Assembly (NCBI RefSeq): GCF_964355755.1
Contig: NC_092674.1
Span: 22,196,001 to 22,260,000, forward strand
DNA length: 64,000 nucleotides
Direction: 5' to 3'
From: Antedon mediterranea
Taxonomy: Eukaryota > Animalia > Echinodermata
The position numbers were made by a program, and so were the translations under genes. Numbering within the stretch: the first letter of the stretch is position 1; every line of letters starts with the position of its first letter. Under the pieces are notes generated by a model. That model was not told the origin of the DNA, did no database searches, and saw nothing but the letters and a program-made list of their open reading frames with translations. Below are positions 34,861 to 48,420 of the stretch, piece after piece.

Positions 34861-34913
34861 ATATAAAAAATGAAGATTTATAAATAATATTTATAAATCT
34901 TCATTTTTTATAT
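34861..34913. repeat. Perfect 26-bp inverted repeat with 1-nt spacer
   Basis: ATATAAAAAATGAAGATTTATAAATA-a-TATTTATAAATCTTCATTTTTTATAT. Confidence 0.9.
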
Positions 34914-35580
34914 ATTATTATTATATTATAGTAAAACAAACTTGTTTGACATTGTCAAGAGGACAGACTATTGAAAACATAAGAGGACAACAGTTAGTTT
35001 AAGTCTCTACTGAACAAAATGTGAACATTGAAAATTGCCCCAAGGCTGTTTTTATGGTCTTTTCATGTTATTACATCAGTCGACGTTTCGATTTTGAACC
35101 GCCATACGCCAACATATTATTTATCATTTTACTAATATTAATTTCAAGCACAGTCTATTAGAACAAAGAATGAACAATAGCCGTTTTATCAAACCACCAT
35201 GTTGTTTAATATTGTCATAACATAATATAGTATAATAAATTCGATATTCTTTTTGTATCGTCTAAGATTTTGTTTAGTTTGTCGCATCGAGTATTTATTA
35301 TCTATTTTCTTACAATGTTATATTGTTTATACAATATAAGCATTTTGTAGGTTTCAGGCAACGGCGAATCAGAATGGGAGTCGTGAAATAATCTTGTTTT
35401 ATAAGATTTCATCCTATACCTTCATAAAGTAAAATCTATCGAAAGTAAAAGGATATCGTTGCATATTTTTCACAATAGAACGTCATCAAATACCAGTAAA
35501 AATCAAAGAAAACATCCCGGTAGCACCGGTTCAATTTTCTTTTACTAAAGGGAAGATTGTTTCACACAAGTTCCTTCTAA

Positions 35581-35730
35581 AGCTTTGTCAACACTATCAA
35601 ATTTATGTGACAAAAACAATGTAATGTTCCCATGGACATGATTCCATATCACTACCATATTTGGGCATATCGTCACCATATGGCACATTACAATTTTTTG
35701 TCAAACTAGTTTGATAGTGTAGACAGAGCT
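35581..35730. mobile_element. MITE family A copy (further copies at ~34673-34784, 43885-44004, 46403-46449, 54776-54899)
   Basis: TAA|AGCTTTGTCAACACTATCAAA...TTTGATAGTGTAGACAGAGCT|TTA. Confidence 0.8.
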
Positions 35731-37449
35731 TTATTGACCGCTAACGGGCAACTTGGTTAATGTCATTATAGGTGCATTAATAATCCGGGAATCACCCTTT
35801 AAGTTTCATATGAAACCGATTGTTGCCTTTGCCGTTTTTTACGTGTGTCGATTCTTAAATCAATGTCATTTACTGTTCTAAGTACCAACCAATTAGGTAA
35901 AACATATTTGTTACGCAATTCATTCTAAATGTTGAATAAATAATTGCATTATTGATCAAATTAATGGCGCGGTAATGTAAAATAATATTTGGTTTTTACA
36001 TCATAATTTATGATTAAAATAAACAGTATAAAATCATTAAGAAAGTATCATAACATCCGAGTACTATTAAAGCTACCTGCGTTGCCATTGATTTACAGTT
36101 TTTCTTTACCACAACATTTAGTTTAAAAGCGTATGGTATCATTTCCAATTATGTCTGTCGCGCACAATGCGTGACGTAAGCCATACACAAAAAGCAATTA
36201 AACCCAAACACTCTTATTGTTTGCGGTTATAAAAGTAGTTAATGGATTCGTTGCCAATATTAAATAACGAACAGTGCAAAATATCGGCAGACGATAAAAA
36301 ACAAAAGAAAATCGTGAATCGGAGATGTAATTATGGATAAGTATTGACACAGCTTTCAATGTGTCGTCTTAAGTCACCCGATTCTCTGTAAGGTCTCTAC
36401 TATGACGACATCTTTTCAGTATCATGGGTACATTCTGTGATACAGTATTTATATGCATTGTTAGAAAGGTTAGGCTTTATATTGTCTATTTTGCAAACGT
36501 GGCATATGTGACACTTTATTACAGAATGTGATACTTTACAAAATATAGCTACTGGTATCGGTGACGATTGTTCGGTACCTTGTTGACCAAAACTGTATGG
36601 ATTCGTAGATAAGTAGAAAAATTTAACTTTTGTATTATTCTGGTATTGATTGGCGGCCAGAAATACATCTGTCCTTCACAAAATTATATTCTGTCCGATT
36701 TGGATGAGTGGGCTGGTTTCCTTTGGTTGAAGATCGAAAATAAATATAAAAATAAATTAAAGCTATATTTAAAATATTTATAACAATTCCTGTTTTTTCA
36801 CAAATATTTCAATTTGGGCCAAGTAGTAATGGAGGTGGTGACGAAATGTTAATGTTAACTGCACTGTTTTTGTTTTCAAAAGCAGTGTTTTTGTTATTTT
36901 GAAAACTGGTGTGGTTCGTGGTCTATAATGGAAAATAACGTTGTTAAGAATCGTGATTTTACTGGGTTAGATGGTAATGTACCATGGTAATGCATGATAA
37001 AAACATGATAAAAACATGTTTATATTATATAGCTTGAGCGAATAATAGCAATTCCCCCAAAGCGCCATTAACTATTATTATTATTTGACGTTTTGTAGTT
37101 CGGCTTGGTGCCGTTTTGTCTTACTGATCACAGTGTATTTTGCGAATCGCATTAATTGTAATAAATACACAGGAAGACAACCTTGTTTGATCAATTGATC
37201 CCCGGGCTATCGCTTTAATTAATCCTTCCAATTATTTTCATTTATATCAAATGGTAGACATATTTTGTCTAATCTTGTAATTTCCAAAGTAGATTAAATT
37301 TTGAAATCAGACAGATATAATAACTTTGAATGTTTATACATATTACTAATATTTGTTTTCGTTATTAAAGTATATGTTATCATCTATGTTATTGTTTATT
37401 CATGTACAATAAACTGTGAGTGTATTGTTTGTAGATAGCGATTTGTAGA

Positions 37450-37551
37450 AAGCAGTGTTAATAAAGATGGCAGTGTTCTTTATGACGACGACATGCATAT
37501 GACAGTGTTATTTATGCGGATGTTTTCTTGATGAATACGCAGTGTTCTTGG

Positions 37552-37584
<33 letters not shown>

Positions 37585-38560
37585 CATTGTTCTTGGTGAG
37601 GATGATGATGATGCCAGTGTTCTTGATAAAGATACAGAGCTATTGATGATGATGATGACTTGTTCTTGATGATGATGACATTGTTTTTGATGAATATCAC
37701 ATTGTTCTTGATGAAGATGACAGTGTTCTTGGTGAATATACAGAGCTCTTGATGATGATGACATTGTTCTTGATGAAGATGCAGTGTTTTTGGTGAGGAT
37801 CACATTGTTCTTGATGAAGATGACAGTGTTCTTGATGATGATAGCATTGTTCTTGATGAAGATGAAATGTTCTTGATGAAGATGCAGTGCTCTTGATGAT
37901 GATGACAGTGTTCTTGATGAAGATGCAGTGCTCTTGATGATGATGACATTGTTCTTGATGAATATCACATTGTTCTTGATGAAGATGAAGTGTTCTTGAT
38001 AAATATCACATTGTTCTTGATAAAGATGACAGTGTTCTTGATGAAGATTCAGTGCTCTTGATGATGATGACATTGCTCTTGATGATGATGGCATTGTTCT
38101 TGATTAATATCACATTGTTCTTGATGAAGATAAAGTGTTCTTGATGAAGATGCAGTGCTCTTGATGATGACATTGTTCTTGATGATGATGACGACAGTAT
38201 TCCTGATGAAGATGCAGTGCTTTTGATGATGATGACATTGTTCTTGGTAAATATCACATGATATTTTATGAAGATGGCAGTGTTTTTTTGGAAGATTACA
38301 GTTGTTGTTGAAGATGACAATGTTGGTGAAAATGGCAGTGTTGTTGATGAGGTTGACATTGTTTTGATGAAGATTAGTGTTGGTGGTGAAGATGCGCAAA
38401 CAGAATTGTAAACTTCTGTATGCAGGCTCCTTGCCACCAATGATATACTGAAATTGTAATTATAAACGATGACTAAATAAATGTGAATGAATTGACATTG
38501 AAAATGGTGACAGTAGTGTTGATGGAAATGTCAGTGTTCTTGATGAAGATGACATTGTTT
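37450..38560. repeat. ~21-bp GAT-rich minisatellite
   Basis: Unit GATGAAGATGACA(G/T)TGTTCTT with a variable number of GAT triplets. It decays at both edges. Confidence 0.9.
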
Positions 38561-39987
38561 ATGTTTATATTCATATGATTCTGGGCACATGTTGTATGTG
38601 GTGATACAGCACTGAGAATCGTGTATGTTGTGTGGAAAGGTTCATTGATGATGATACAGATGGCAGTGATGTTGATAAAAATTGTCACTAATGCCGTTGC
38701 TGGTGGTAGTGTTAGTTGAAGAGTAGTGTTGGACAAGATGGTAGTGATACTTATGCAAATAATTACAGTATTGTTGTAGGAGATGGTTAATGACGATGGA
38801 AAATGATAGTGCTGGTTATTAAAAGGCTACTGGTGTTAATATAAACAAATGTGAAAATATAAATATAAAAGAAGATAGTGCTGTTGATGACAAATTAGAC
38901 GGCTTTAGTTGTATTAAATTAGATGAACTAGTGTTATGTGTTCTACTTAAATCCAATCCATGATGCAATACCACCGACGGTGGTCGATAAGATGAAAGTA
39001 GAACTGAAAACAATTTAATTAACCATGACGCTGTTCCTCTTATAATTTCTCTTATAGATCACTGTGTGTTTTATGCTTGACTACCCTTAATAAAGCAGTA
39101 CAATTGAAGGAAATGAATTAGGTCTCAGAATATATCGGGCTAATAAAATCACAAAAAGCTCTCGTCGCTTCTCCAATTATATATTATGCTAAAGAGATCA
39201 GATATCACGCTGTATTGTTTGTTGTGTTTAAAGTATAACTCAGTCTTATTGAAGGTTAACATATTCCAAGTTCGCTGGTAGACTAAACCATGCAATAAGC
39301 TTACATGATAAAAATGTAATTTTCCAGTATGCCTAGTATATCAATGACGATGTCGTTTACATGTAAATAATGTGCAAATAACCCGGATATTTTGAATTAG
39401 AGTATACCACGAAACTAGAGATACAGCCTTTACTTTATGACATTTTATTGTGAAAATTAACGTACTTTTTAATATACAGTATAATAAATAATTCGGCTTA
39501 CTTTAAAATAATAAACTCTGTACATAATAAGAAAATTGAACTAGACGTCAACATTAATTTGAAAATCAAATATTATTTTTACTGAACTGATATTATAAAC
39601 AAACCATTTTGCGCTGCATGTTTTGTACACAAACCTATTTCCACGAAGTTTAATGAACAATACTAATGTATGCATATATATAATTGCTATAATAAAAGAC
39701 ATACCATTGAAACGGGGCATATAGTAGGATAACATTCACTAATGTTATATTGCTTTTGCTAAAATAGGATAGGCATAATTGCTTTATGTTTGTTCATCAA
39801 TCGAAACCATACGTAAGTACCGTACAATGATTTTGTTTTATTATAACGAGACATTAAGCCTATAGTATTACAATCCCTACTTTGAAGAATAGTGCATTTT
39901 AGTATGATCACGGGCCTATAAATTAGGTCCATGGTATGATCAAGGCAATCTAACAACGCATTGTTTTACCATATACCATCACTGTCG

Positions 39988-41049
39988 CTAATTCTCAAGT
40001 TTTTGTTTATTTGCAATTCTTTGTTGAATTCTTTTTCGACTATAACTGCTAGATGGTGATTGTTTACCTTTATCTTTTCCTTTTATTTCCTTGTATTGCG
40101 GATCTCTGGCTGCATTTGGTTTTATGACCCTACCCGACTTTGTAATGTACGTAGGTGCATTTGATTGTCCTGCTGGTTTTATAGTATTTGCTTCAAATTC
40201 TGCTAGCCGCCTTGCCAAATCCAGCATCGCAGCGTCTTGGTCGCTCACTGTACTTCTAAACGACTGAATACTGCCAACGCCGGGGCTTCTTGTCCCGTGG
40301 GTATTCGGTTCATATAATGGTACTAACTCTCGTGAAAGTATCGAACCAAGTGTATTGCGTAGACTTGTCACACCACCGCGTAATACCGGATCCGAATCTC
40401 TTGATCCCGTCCATTTGTTTTGAGCTGACAACGATTCCCTGTCGTGTGATGCCATCTTTGGATTTTTAAATTTTCGTAATTCTTTTGGTATTTCTGGTAG
40501 ATATTGCATTAAATGATCCGGTATGTTGTGGAAACGTTTTGCTCCTCCGATTTCGACTAACATTTTACAAAAATCGGTGTCCTCTTGAGAAGCCGCGACG
40601 TAAAGAGGGAAAAGTCCTTCCGTGTTCTCTCTATCTACATCTATATCTTTGCCGCCTACTTGCAAAAGCATCTCTAAAGCGTCATGGTTATCTGCCCTGA
40701 TTGCATACATCAACGCCGTGTTACCTTCTTCGTCTTGTATGTTATAATCGACTTTACATGCTTTTAATATTATTTTTAAAATATCGATTCCATCTTCACG
40801 GTTACATAAATACATCAATGCCGTTCGCTTATGCTTATCCTGTAGATTTACATCAGCGCCGTAATTTATCAAGTTTCGTACAATAAGTCTTCTCATGTCG
40901 CTTTCTTCAAGAACGACCGCGCGCATCAAAGCTGTGCGGTCAAATAGATCTCTCATGTTTGGATTCTCCTTTTCCTCGAGCATTTGACGAACGGTTCCAC
41001 TGTCTTCATTATTAACTGCAACGATCAGATTTTTGGATTTAGCACTCAT
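39988..41049 (-). CDS. Ankyrin-repeat protein (ANKRD34/ANKRD63-like architecture), single coding exon
   Basis: About five ankyrin repeats (DRTALMRAV, GADVNLQDKHKRTALMY, DEEGNTALMYA, GLFPLYVAA) and a basic, disordered tail. First ATG at 41049, a splice acceptor before ~41135, and minus-strand GTAAG donors at ~42978 and ~43117. Confidence 0.85.
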   Translation of the reverse strand: MSAKSKNLIVAVNNEDSGTVRQMLEEKENPNMRDLFDRTALMRAVVLEESDMRRLIVRNLINYGADVNLQDKHKRTALMYLCNREDGIDILKIILKACKVDYNIQDEEGNTALMYAIRADNHDALEMLLQVGGKDIDVDRENTEGLFPLYVAASQEDTDFCKMLVEIGGAKRFHNIPDHLMQYLPEIPKELRKFKNPKMASHDRESLSAQNKWTGSRDSDPVLRGGVTSLRNTLGSILSRELVPLYEPNTHGTRSPGVGSIQSFRSTVSDQDAAMLDLARRLAEFEANTIKPAGQSNAPTYITKSGRVIKPNAARDPQYKEIKGKDKGKQSPSSSYSRKRIQQRIANKQKLEN

Positions 41050-41246
41050 AACTGATAACTGACTGTTGTTCCTATTCTCCTTAATTTTCAAAACGTGCTA
41101 TTTTCCTTTACAAGCAATTCTAGAAGATTGTATTTCTGTGAATTCAAATAAAAAATATATAAAAATCAAAAATAAAACAAGCTACAGTATATACTTATGT
41201 TTGTTAATGTTTTCTTTTTTATGTTAAATTAAATAATAAATAATAA

Positions 41247-41731
41247 AGAGCTCTACGAATCATTTATGGCATGAACTATGTATCCTACGAGTCTGCTCTT
41301 ACATTGTCAGACCTTCCATCGCTAGTTAACAGAAGAGTCCAACTCTTACTGAAATTTGGTAAAGGAATAATAAAGTCCGATACATTTAGAAGCATTCTTC
41401 CCCCTGTTCGTGACATTAGCAGAACCCTGAGGTCTGCGAGTAAGCCTCTACTCAAAATCCCGTTTGGTCGTACAGAAAGATTTAGATCTTCACCAGTCCC
41501 TTTTTTAGTCCGACTCATTAATGATGAATATCTAATAGGCTGGCACTATTTTAACTTACAGGTGGACCAATTTTAATGTGGTAATTTTTTTTTTTTTTTT
41601 TAAACTAGTTTTACCCTTTATACATAATGTATTTATATATTTTTATCAAATTTTGTAAAATACTACTTTTCAGCCTTTTGGCTGCCGTTGTATTTTGATG
41701 TCTTTTTATGAATAAATATACCTAAATATAC
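41247..41731 (+). mobile_element. 3' fragment of a CR1/L2-group LINE
   Basis: RALRIIYGMNYVSYESAL..LPSLVNRR..LLKF...RTERFRSSPVP, the typical ORF2 C-terminus, followed by a T-rich 3' UTR and AATAAA. Confidence 0.8.
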
Positions 41732-41817
41732 ATTGATAGACCCAGATGAACCTTTTCACTAGTTGTATACTGCAGTTGATAAGATACATTATTTGTGCTT
41801 ATAACATTTTGTTAGCA

Positions 41818-42435
41818 TGAATTACTTGATAAACTAAGAAAGCCTCTACTAAATACAGTAAGTCTTTGCGTTTAAATGTGTATTCATAGTTCATTTAAAG
41901 TATTATTTGGGTAAAATTGGTATCCATATATTTCAATGGTGCTTCGTTACTTCGTAGTATGTTTTCCAGCCAAAACTTATATGAATGAACGTTAAAAAAA
42001 ACCAAATAACTCAAACCAACGTACACAGTTACAAACTACTTAGGCCTAACGTTTTGCATACGAATTGAATTTATTTTAATGTTGAATGATGACTATATTC
42101 TTGTTCGTTTTTTGTTTGTTTTTTGCTTTTTTGGTATGCTAATTAAGCACACACTTTTTCACTCATTTTTTTGTTTATGTTATTTTATAACTATGAATTA
42201 CTTGATAAACTATGAAAGCCTCTACTAAATACAGTAAGGCTGTACGTTTAAGTGTTTATACCATAGTTCATTGAAAGTATATTTAGGTAAAATTAGTATC
42301 CATGTATTTCAATTGATTGATTGATTTATACTGGGTAACCTCTTCAGTTATTCTTTTATTCTTTTTCGTTTTTTGGTTTTTTTTTGGTATGCTATTTAAG
42401 CACACACTTATTCACTCATTTTTTGTTCATGTTAG
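41818..42435. repeat. Diverged ~375-bp tandem duplication
   Basis: ATGAATTACTTGATAAACTA.GAAAGCCTCTACTAAATACAGTAAG at ~41818 and ~42193. The 3' ends also match. Confidence 0.8.
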
Positions 42436-44361
42436 TGCTTAATACAATTATTTTATAACAATTTACTCATTTATTAACATTAATCATAAACATTTATTTA
42501 ATTGTTGTTTTAGAAATTGTTTTAGAAAATTGTATAGATAACAGATAGCCATAAATAAATATAAATATATTCAGGCCTACAGCTATGCTAATTTTTCTAG
42601 CTGTTTTACTTTATCATTTTGATTTAGCTTTTTGCTTATTTTATTTTGTGTCTCCATTGAGATCCGCCAATGATACCCACAGTAGTGTCATTATTTTCAG
42701 TAAGTTGCCTGGATTTAAATACAGGCCTACATAAACATACGTGTGCGTGCGCACTCGTTCATTTAAGTAACTGTACATCATGCACCCATACACACATATC
42801 CATACATTTATTATAATTGTTAATATTAATTTAAAGTTTTATTGATTAGAGTTATTTTAATTTTACAAGGCTTTAGTAGATCATTACTTTAAATGCACAA
42901 ACGTCCAGGAAGAATATTTAAACACTTATGTTTATACACTGCATGAATATATTATATATAAATATGTAAATTACTTACCAAAAACTATAGACAATCTCTG
43001 TAACCGTCATAACTTGACAGATTGTTCCAGACCTACAGACAGTGTGTATTGTGTTTTATCACGACAGCAGAATAGTCGATTGTTATTCGTTCACAGTTGC
43101 TCCTCAACTAACCACTTACCCGTATTCGTGTTAACGCATCATAATGTGGTCGTTGCTAGGGGATGATGATACACGTTTTTGCGTTGCAGGAGGAGTGAGC
43201 ACAAAAGCATAAGACAGCAAATGTTAATGGAACCACGGCTAGCTAATAGCTAACAGTGTCGATTTTCGATGATTATGATGATGGTGATGACATTCACTAC
43301 ACTCTATACACATTGAATAGGCAATAACCTTGTTATGGAATTGTTAAAACTGATTGCAAATTAGCTTCTCTTAAATCATAATGAAATTTTGAAGAATGTT
43401 CGACTAATTTTCAATATACTGTATATACATATGTGATAGGCCTATATATTTTTGAATAGAATATGTACGGTAATATTCCGTATATTATTATTTTTTTTAT
43501 ATTTTCTTTAAAATTGTAATCGGGTGGCCAAAATCTTTTACCAAAATCTAAAATTTGGCCTCCTTCTGCACACTCATTCATCTGAATATTTTATAGAATT
43601 TGGAAAAAAAAACAATAAATCAAAAAAATTTACGTAGGCCTAATCGGTTGGTAATTTCCCGCAACTCTACTTTCTGAAATTGAGTAACCATAATTGTATT
43701 GTTTTTATTAATAAGTTGTTTTTCTTGCTTGTGAGAGAATTATGAGCGCTCTGTACAATGAATCGGCGGTTACTCAAAGTTAAAGCAATAATAAATAATT
43801 TTAAATGTTATCAACCTGTAAAATTGTTTAAAACAAACGGACAGAAAAGAAAAAGGAAATGACAACACATTAATTTGTATCATTTGTTTACACTACCAAA
43901 CTTTATGTGACAACAAATTTGAGTTGCCCATATTTAAGCATATCACTACCATATTTAGGTACATTACACTTTTTTGTCACATAATGTTGATAGTGTAGAC
44001 ATCTTAAGGTATACAGATTATAGTAAAACGTTGGATGCGCTAATTGTCTTATCTTTTACATTCTGAATCTTCATGTTGTAAACCTAATATAATAACGTTT
44101 ATAATATTAAACGTAATCCTAAAAAAAAACTAAAAAACTATAGGATAAAAATATTTTCAATATTATTGTAAATATAAGTCTAATAAGATGTCATGTTTAG
44201 TAGGCCTATGAGCAAAAGGCCTAATAACGATAACGAGTTTGTATTGTACTTATTTATTATTTAATTTTAATTTTTGAAAATATTATTTTCATCAAACACA
44301 GCATAATGGTTATCATAATATGAGGAAAACTCCTGTTTTTTTTTTAAAGAAAAATAATCTA

Positions 44362-45839
44362 TCAAATAAATGTTATATCATCTGTTATTTGTCCATCTTT
44401 TTCGACTATGTATCGATTCAATTTTGCGCAAACTCGAGATCGGAGGCCCTCTATTGCTAGCTGGTGTTCTTCTAGCTCATTTTTTAGATTGAGGGCATCT
44501 GACTTATTCTGTATGTTACGGAACTTTTTCCAATCGTTCGGAGCATGACGCATGATTAGTAGCGTAATCTGGCCTTGTGATTTGCTCTCTAGCTTGTTTG
44601 AAGTCGAAAAGCCGTCGTCGTTTGAAATTAGTTCTAAAGAAAAAAAAACATTTTGAAATCAAACAAAGAGACTGCAATAACGAAATAATGCTATAGGTCT
44701 ATTTTGGCCTATAGTAACATTTATTACAAAAATTTACCCTTGCAGAAGTGGAACAAACATTCTACGCAACCGAATTTATAGAGAGGAAATATTGAACATT
44801 TTTTATGAACTCTACCAACTCAAAAATATTTTTTTTTAAATATTTCTCAGAAGAAAATTATAGTTTGACACATGTAATTACCAGTAACAAAAATCCAACT
44901 GATTGTTGACTTAAATAAAAACCAACTAAAACCTTTTGAATTCAAAATTAAATTATCGACCGTTACACCAATAACCAAATCACCGTTCAACCAGTTAAAT
45001 CCAACTGTTTTGAACTGGAAATTTTGAACTGGAAATTCCTGGGTTCACTATGACTCAACATTATGGATAATGTGAGAAAGTAAAGTTTAAATAATGTACT
45101 AAGTCCACAGGGAAACACATAAATATACCTTCTTTTTTACATTTTGTCAAATCTTGCATGTTATTTTCAATAGCTTCTATTTGTCGAGTTATATGTGATC
45201 TGTTTCGTTTACATTGTAGCGTTTCAAGTTCTAGTTGTAAAATTTCCTGCGTTAATCTGTAAAAATAATGTAGGCTAGCTAAAGACCTTTCTAAGTTGAA
45301 TCTCCTTGTAGGCAGGCGTATCTAGGCTATAACATGTGTTTTTTTATACTAGGCCTGGCCCTAGGCTAGGCCTATCTATTGTTTAAAATCTTTAGGTAGG
45401 CAAACAATAATTGATTAAATTGGTCTTGTTATTTAAAAAAAATATGTTTACGGTTCGTTTAATTTGAGTAGGTAGCATAAATTTAGTCATAGCCTAGGCT
45501 AGGCCTATGTAATATGCCTTGTATTTGTATCAGAATTATGTAGGCATACCTAGTATGCTGCCCTCACCTTTCGTTTTCCAAATTTTTATTTAACTCGTTT
45601 TGTAATAGTTTTGTCTCAGTCTTGAGTTGGCTCAAATCAACAACGCAATTAGGCCTAGGCTTATTTCCTTCTAGGGGACGATCTCCTGGGCCCGCTCCAA
45701 CAATGCCTTGCTGATTCTTGCCCTCTGTTTTAGTCGCGTCCGATGAAGGTGGTTGTTCTTGGTCAGGTGATGTTACAGTAGCTAAATTATCGTAATCTTT
45801 TGACCGATTCCTTTTTCTTATCCCGAAGAAACGAAACAT
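44362..45839 (-). CDS. Uncharacterised 223-aa coiled-coil protein; exons 45839-45568, 45256-45129, 44633-44362
   Basis: ATG at 45839. GT-AG introns of phase 2 and phase 1 join three open segments (272+128+272 = 672 nt) to a stop. The middle has heptad-like L/I spacing. Confidence 0.8.
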
Positions 45840-46132
45840 TAGTAAAGAAAGTAATTGTGTAAGTTCGTTGTAAAAAATATTACAATACTCGTTTGTAATG
45901 GAAATTGACATTTTGATTTTTTAAATATAATATAGGCCGCGTCGCCCATTCCTTCTTTCGCGCGCACATTCTAATATATAGAAAACTGCGCAGAGCTGAT
46001 AACTGAGTCGGCGGCGCTGGTTTATTTAAGCCACGCGCAAAATAGTTAAGAATTTAATCTACGCTAAGTTGTGTCGATCATTGGATGGAAATAATTCCAT
46101 CAGTGCAAATTGACTGCTTTTACTGGTATAAT

Positions 46133-46160
46133 TGACGTCATAAAATTTAATTTGACGTCA
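46133..46160. promoter_or_regulatory. Twin CRE palindromes
   Basis: TGACGTCA at 46133-46140 and 46153-46160, ~300 bp upstream of the coiled-coil gene. Confidence 0.45.
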
Positions 46161-48089
46161 CACTCCGTTGACGGACCATTTATTTCGATTTCTCAATCTT
46201 TGTATTGGTTGTCTTGCAATCGAGTCCAATCAAATTCACATTAAAGGAAAATTATAAAGACTAATACAGTGAAGAATATTGACAACAATCCTTAGGGAAG
46301 ATGTCATTGAAGATGTAGTCTTCTATTTGAATTACCATTAATAACGGATCATCTGCGTTTTTGGAAAGTATAGAGCAAGTTCCATCTGCACATTTCCTGA
46401 CGCGCTGTCTACACTAGTTTTACATAAAGTTGGTAAAGTAGACAGAGCTTTAACAATCCAAAAAAATGTATCAACTTTATACATAATAGAATTCCAGCAT
46501 TTCCAAGGAAAGTCAGTGTTAAAAGATCAATTACACAGGAATGTAGACAAAAACAAAGGCGAATTATAATCTAGCCCCACCTGTTCATTACGTATTGTGA
46601 CGTAAATATAAGACGACTGCGCGAAACACCTGTGTAGGTTTTTATGTATCTATCCAGCTTTTCTATTATTAATTATTCAGGCAAAATATTCACACTTAAG
46701 TGTGGTAATACCTGGTAATTTGTCACCATTTACATGTGTATCAAATTGAGTTCTTTACAGAAAGTGCATGTTTGTGGTTACTATAGTTACAGAGCTATGG
46801 GTTGCAGTACGTCATTTGATTGGTGTTCATTGTGTTCATTCTCATTATTTGTATGTATTTTAATTAATTATTCATAAATACGTTGTGTATCGATGTACTT
46901 ACAATATGCACGGTTAATAATTGTATCCATCATAAGCATAATCGACTGTATACTAAAAGTTATCGAAACAAATGCAATTATGAGAACAAAGAAGAGTAGG
47001 CCTACGATTGTAACCTTACCGACACACTCATTCCCCCATCCTTTTTTTTTGCCTAGTTATGATCAAAGAACACCTTAAATTATAAACAATCAATATAACT
47101 GTATTATTTTTTTTTAGAATATGACTAATTACCCAATTATGCTTATGTATTTTTCATTTATTTACTTACCATTTAAGTTGATCAAATTAACAAAAATGTG
47201 ATAATAATGAAAATAATATATAAAAGTGGTGTTTACACCACAAAAGAGAAAAAAATCTATACTTTTTATTGCTGCCTAGTTAGATGATCAAAAAACACCT
47301 TAAATTGCTTGTATAAATACATAGAAATATAAATAAATTATAAACAGGCCAAATCCAACAACAAAGTATCTGTACTACGATTATTTTGAGTGTTTATTAT
47401 GTGCTTACAAATGTTTTGTTTTTAATAATATTAAATATATATATATATATATATCATTTAATAATAATGTGTGTTTTAAATACTGTAACTTTAAGCATAC
47501 TTCACTCGATATTAACACCGTAAATATAATATCAAATAACATATTTTAATGATGAATTGTATAATTTATATTTATATACATCTGTAAAGACAAATGGGAA
47601 ACTTAACATATAAAAAAGAAATAAATGTAGGCCTATATTATTATTATTATTTTCAGAATATCACCCGGGTGGTTTAAAATGAATGTTTGACGCCTGTGCT
47701 GTTCTATTATATATTGTAGGCCTATGTACTGTAAATGCAAAAAAACAAAATAAGAGAAACAAGAACTGATTGATTACAAAGAAATGTATTTATTCAAAAT
47801 GAGTATGTAACAAAAATATTTAATAGAAAATATGAAAAAAAAAATATATACTCAAAATTTTCCATTATGATCGTTTGATTTACCAAGAATTAATTCTAAT
47901 TTATTTGATATGCACTAACATGTTAAAGTACAATCATGAACAGGATGCTAATATAATAATATTATGGTTTTCTAATTACTCGATTTCATCTTTAATAAAC
48001 AACAAAATGTAAATTGTTAATATAAAAAGAAAAGGTTAACTTGAATATTAATGCTATTATATTGAAATGATAATAGCGATATAACTAAT

Positions 48090-48420
48090 TTCGATTGGTT
48101 TACAATAGACTCCTTCGGGAAATCGCTATTGATTTATCAGTAAACTGCGCCTGCGCAAGTACTTACCCCGTAGCGTCATGGCGGTATAAACTTATTGTGT
48201 AGATCGCATCAGTATAATTTATTCACTCGGTGAAAAACTACTAGTCTTACTGAGCTCTTACTGTCTGCTTTCGAAGCAACCTCATTGGCGATAGTTAAGC
48301 AGACTATCTCGTCGTCACTTCGGTCGTTCTCGTCCCAGTCGCTGGATATTTTGCGACATTTCCCTGCTTCTCCTTGCACCCTTTCTCGTCTGGTCAATTT
48401 GACGTTTAATAAACGGTGAG
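48090..48420 (+). promoter_or_regulatory. Putative promoter and non-coding first exon
   Basis: CpG-rich patch with ATTGG (48094), NRF1-type TGCGCCTGCGCA (48146-48157), CATGGCGG, TATAAA (48185) and TCAGT (48209). Donors GTGAG (48416) and GTACGT (48421). Confidence 0.55.

Noticed and set aside
41050-41091. TTG-started N-terminal extension of the ankyrin ORF
   Set aside because: Non-ATG start in a eukaryote; the first ATG is at 41049.
48209-48397. 62-aa minus-strand ORF
   Set aside because: It has no ATG start and no recognisable motif. It is better explained as the antisense of a plus-strand non-coding exon.
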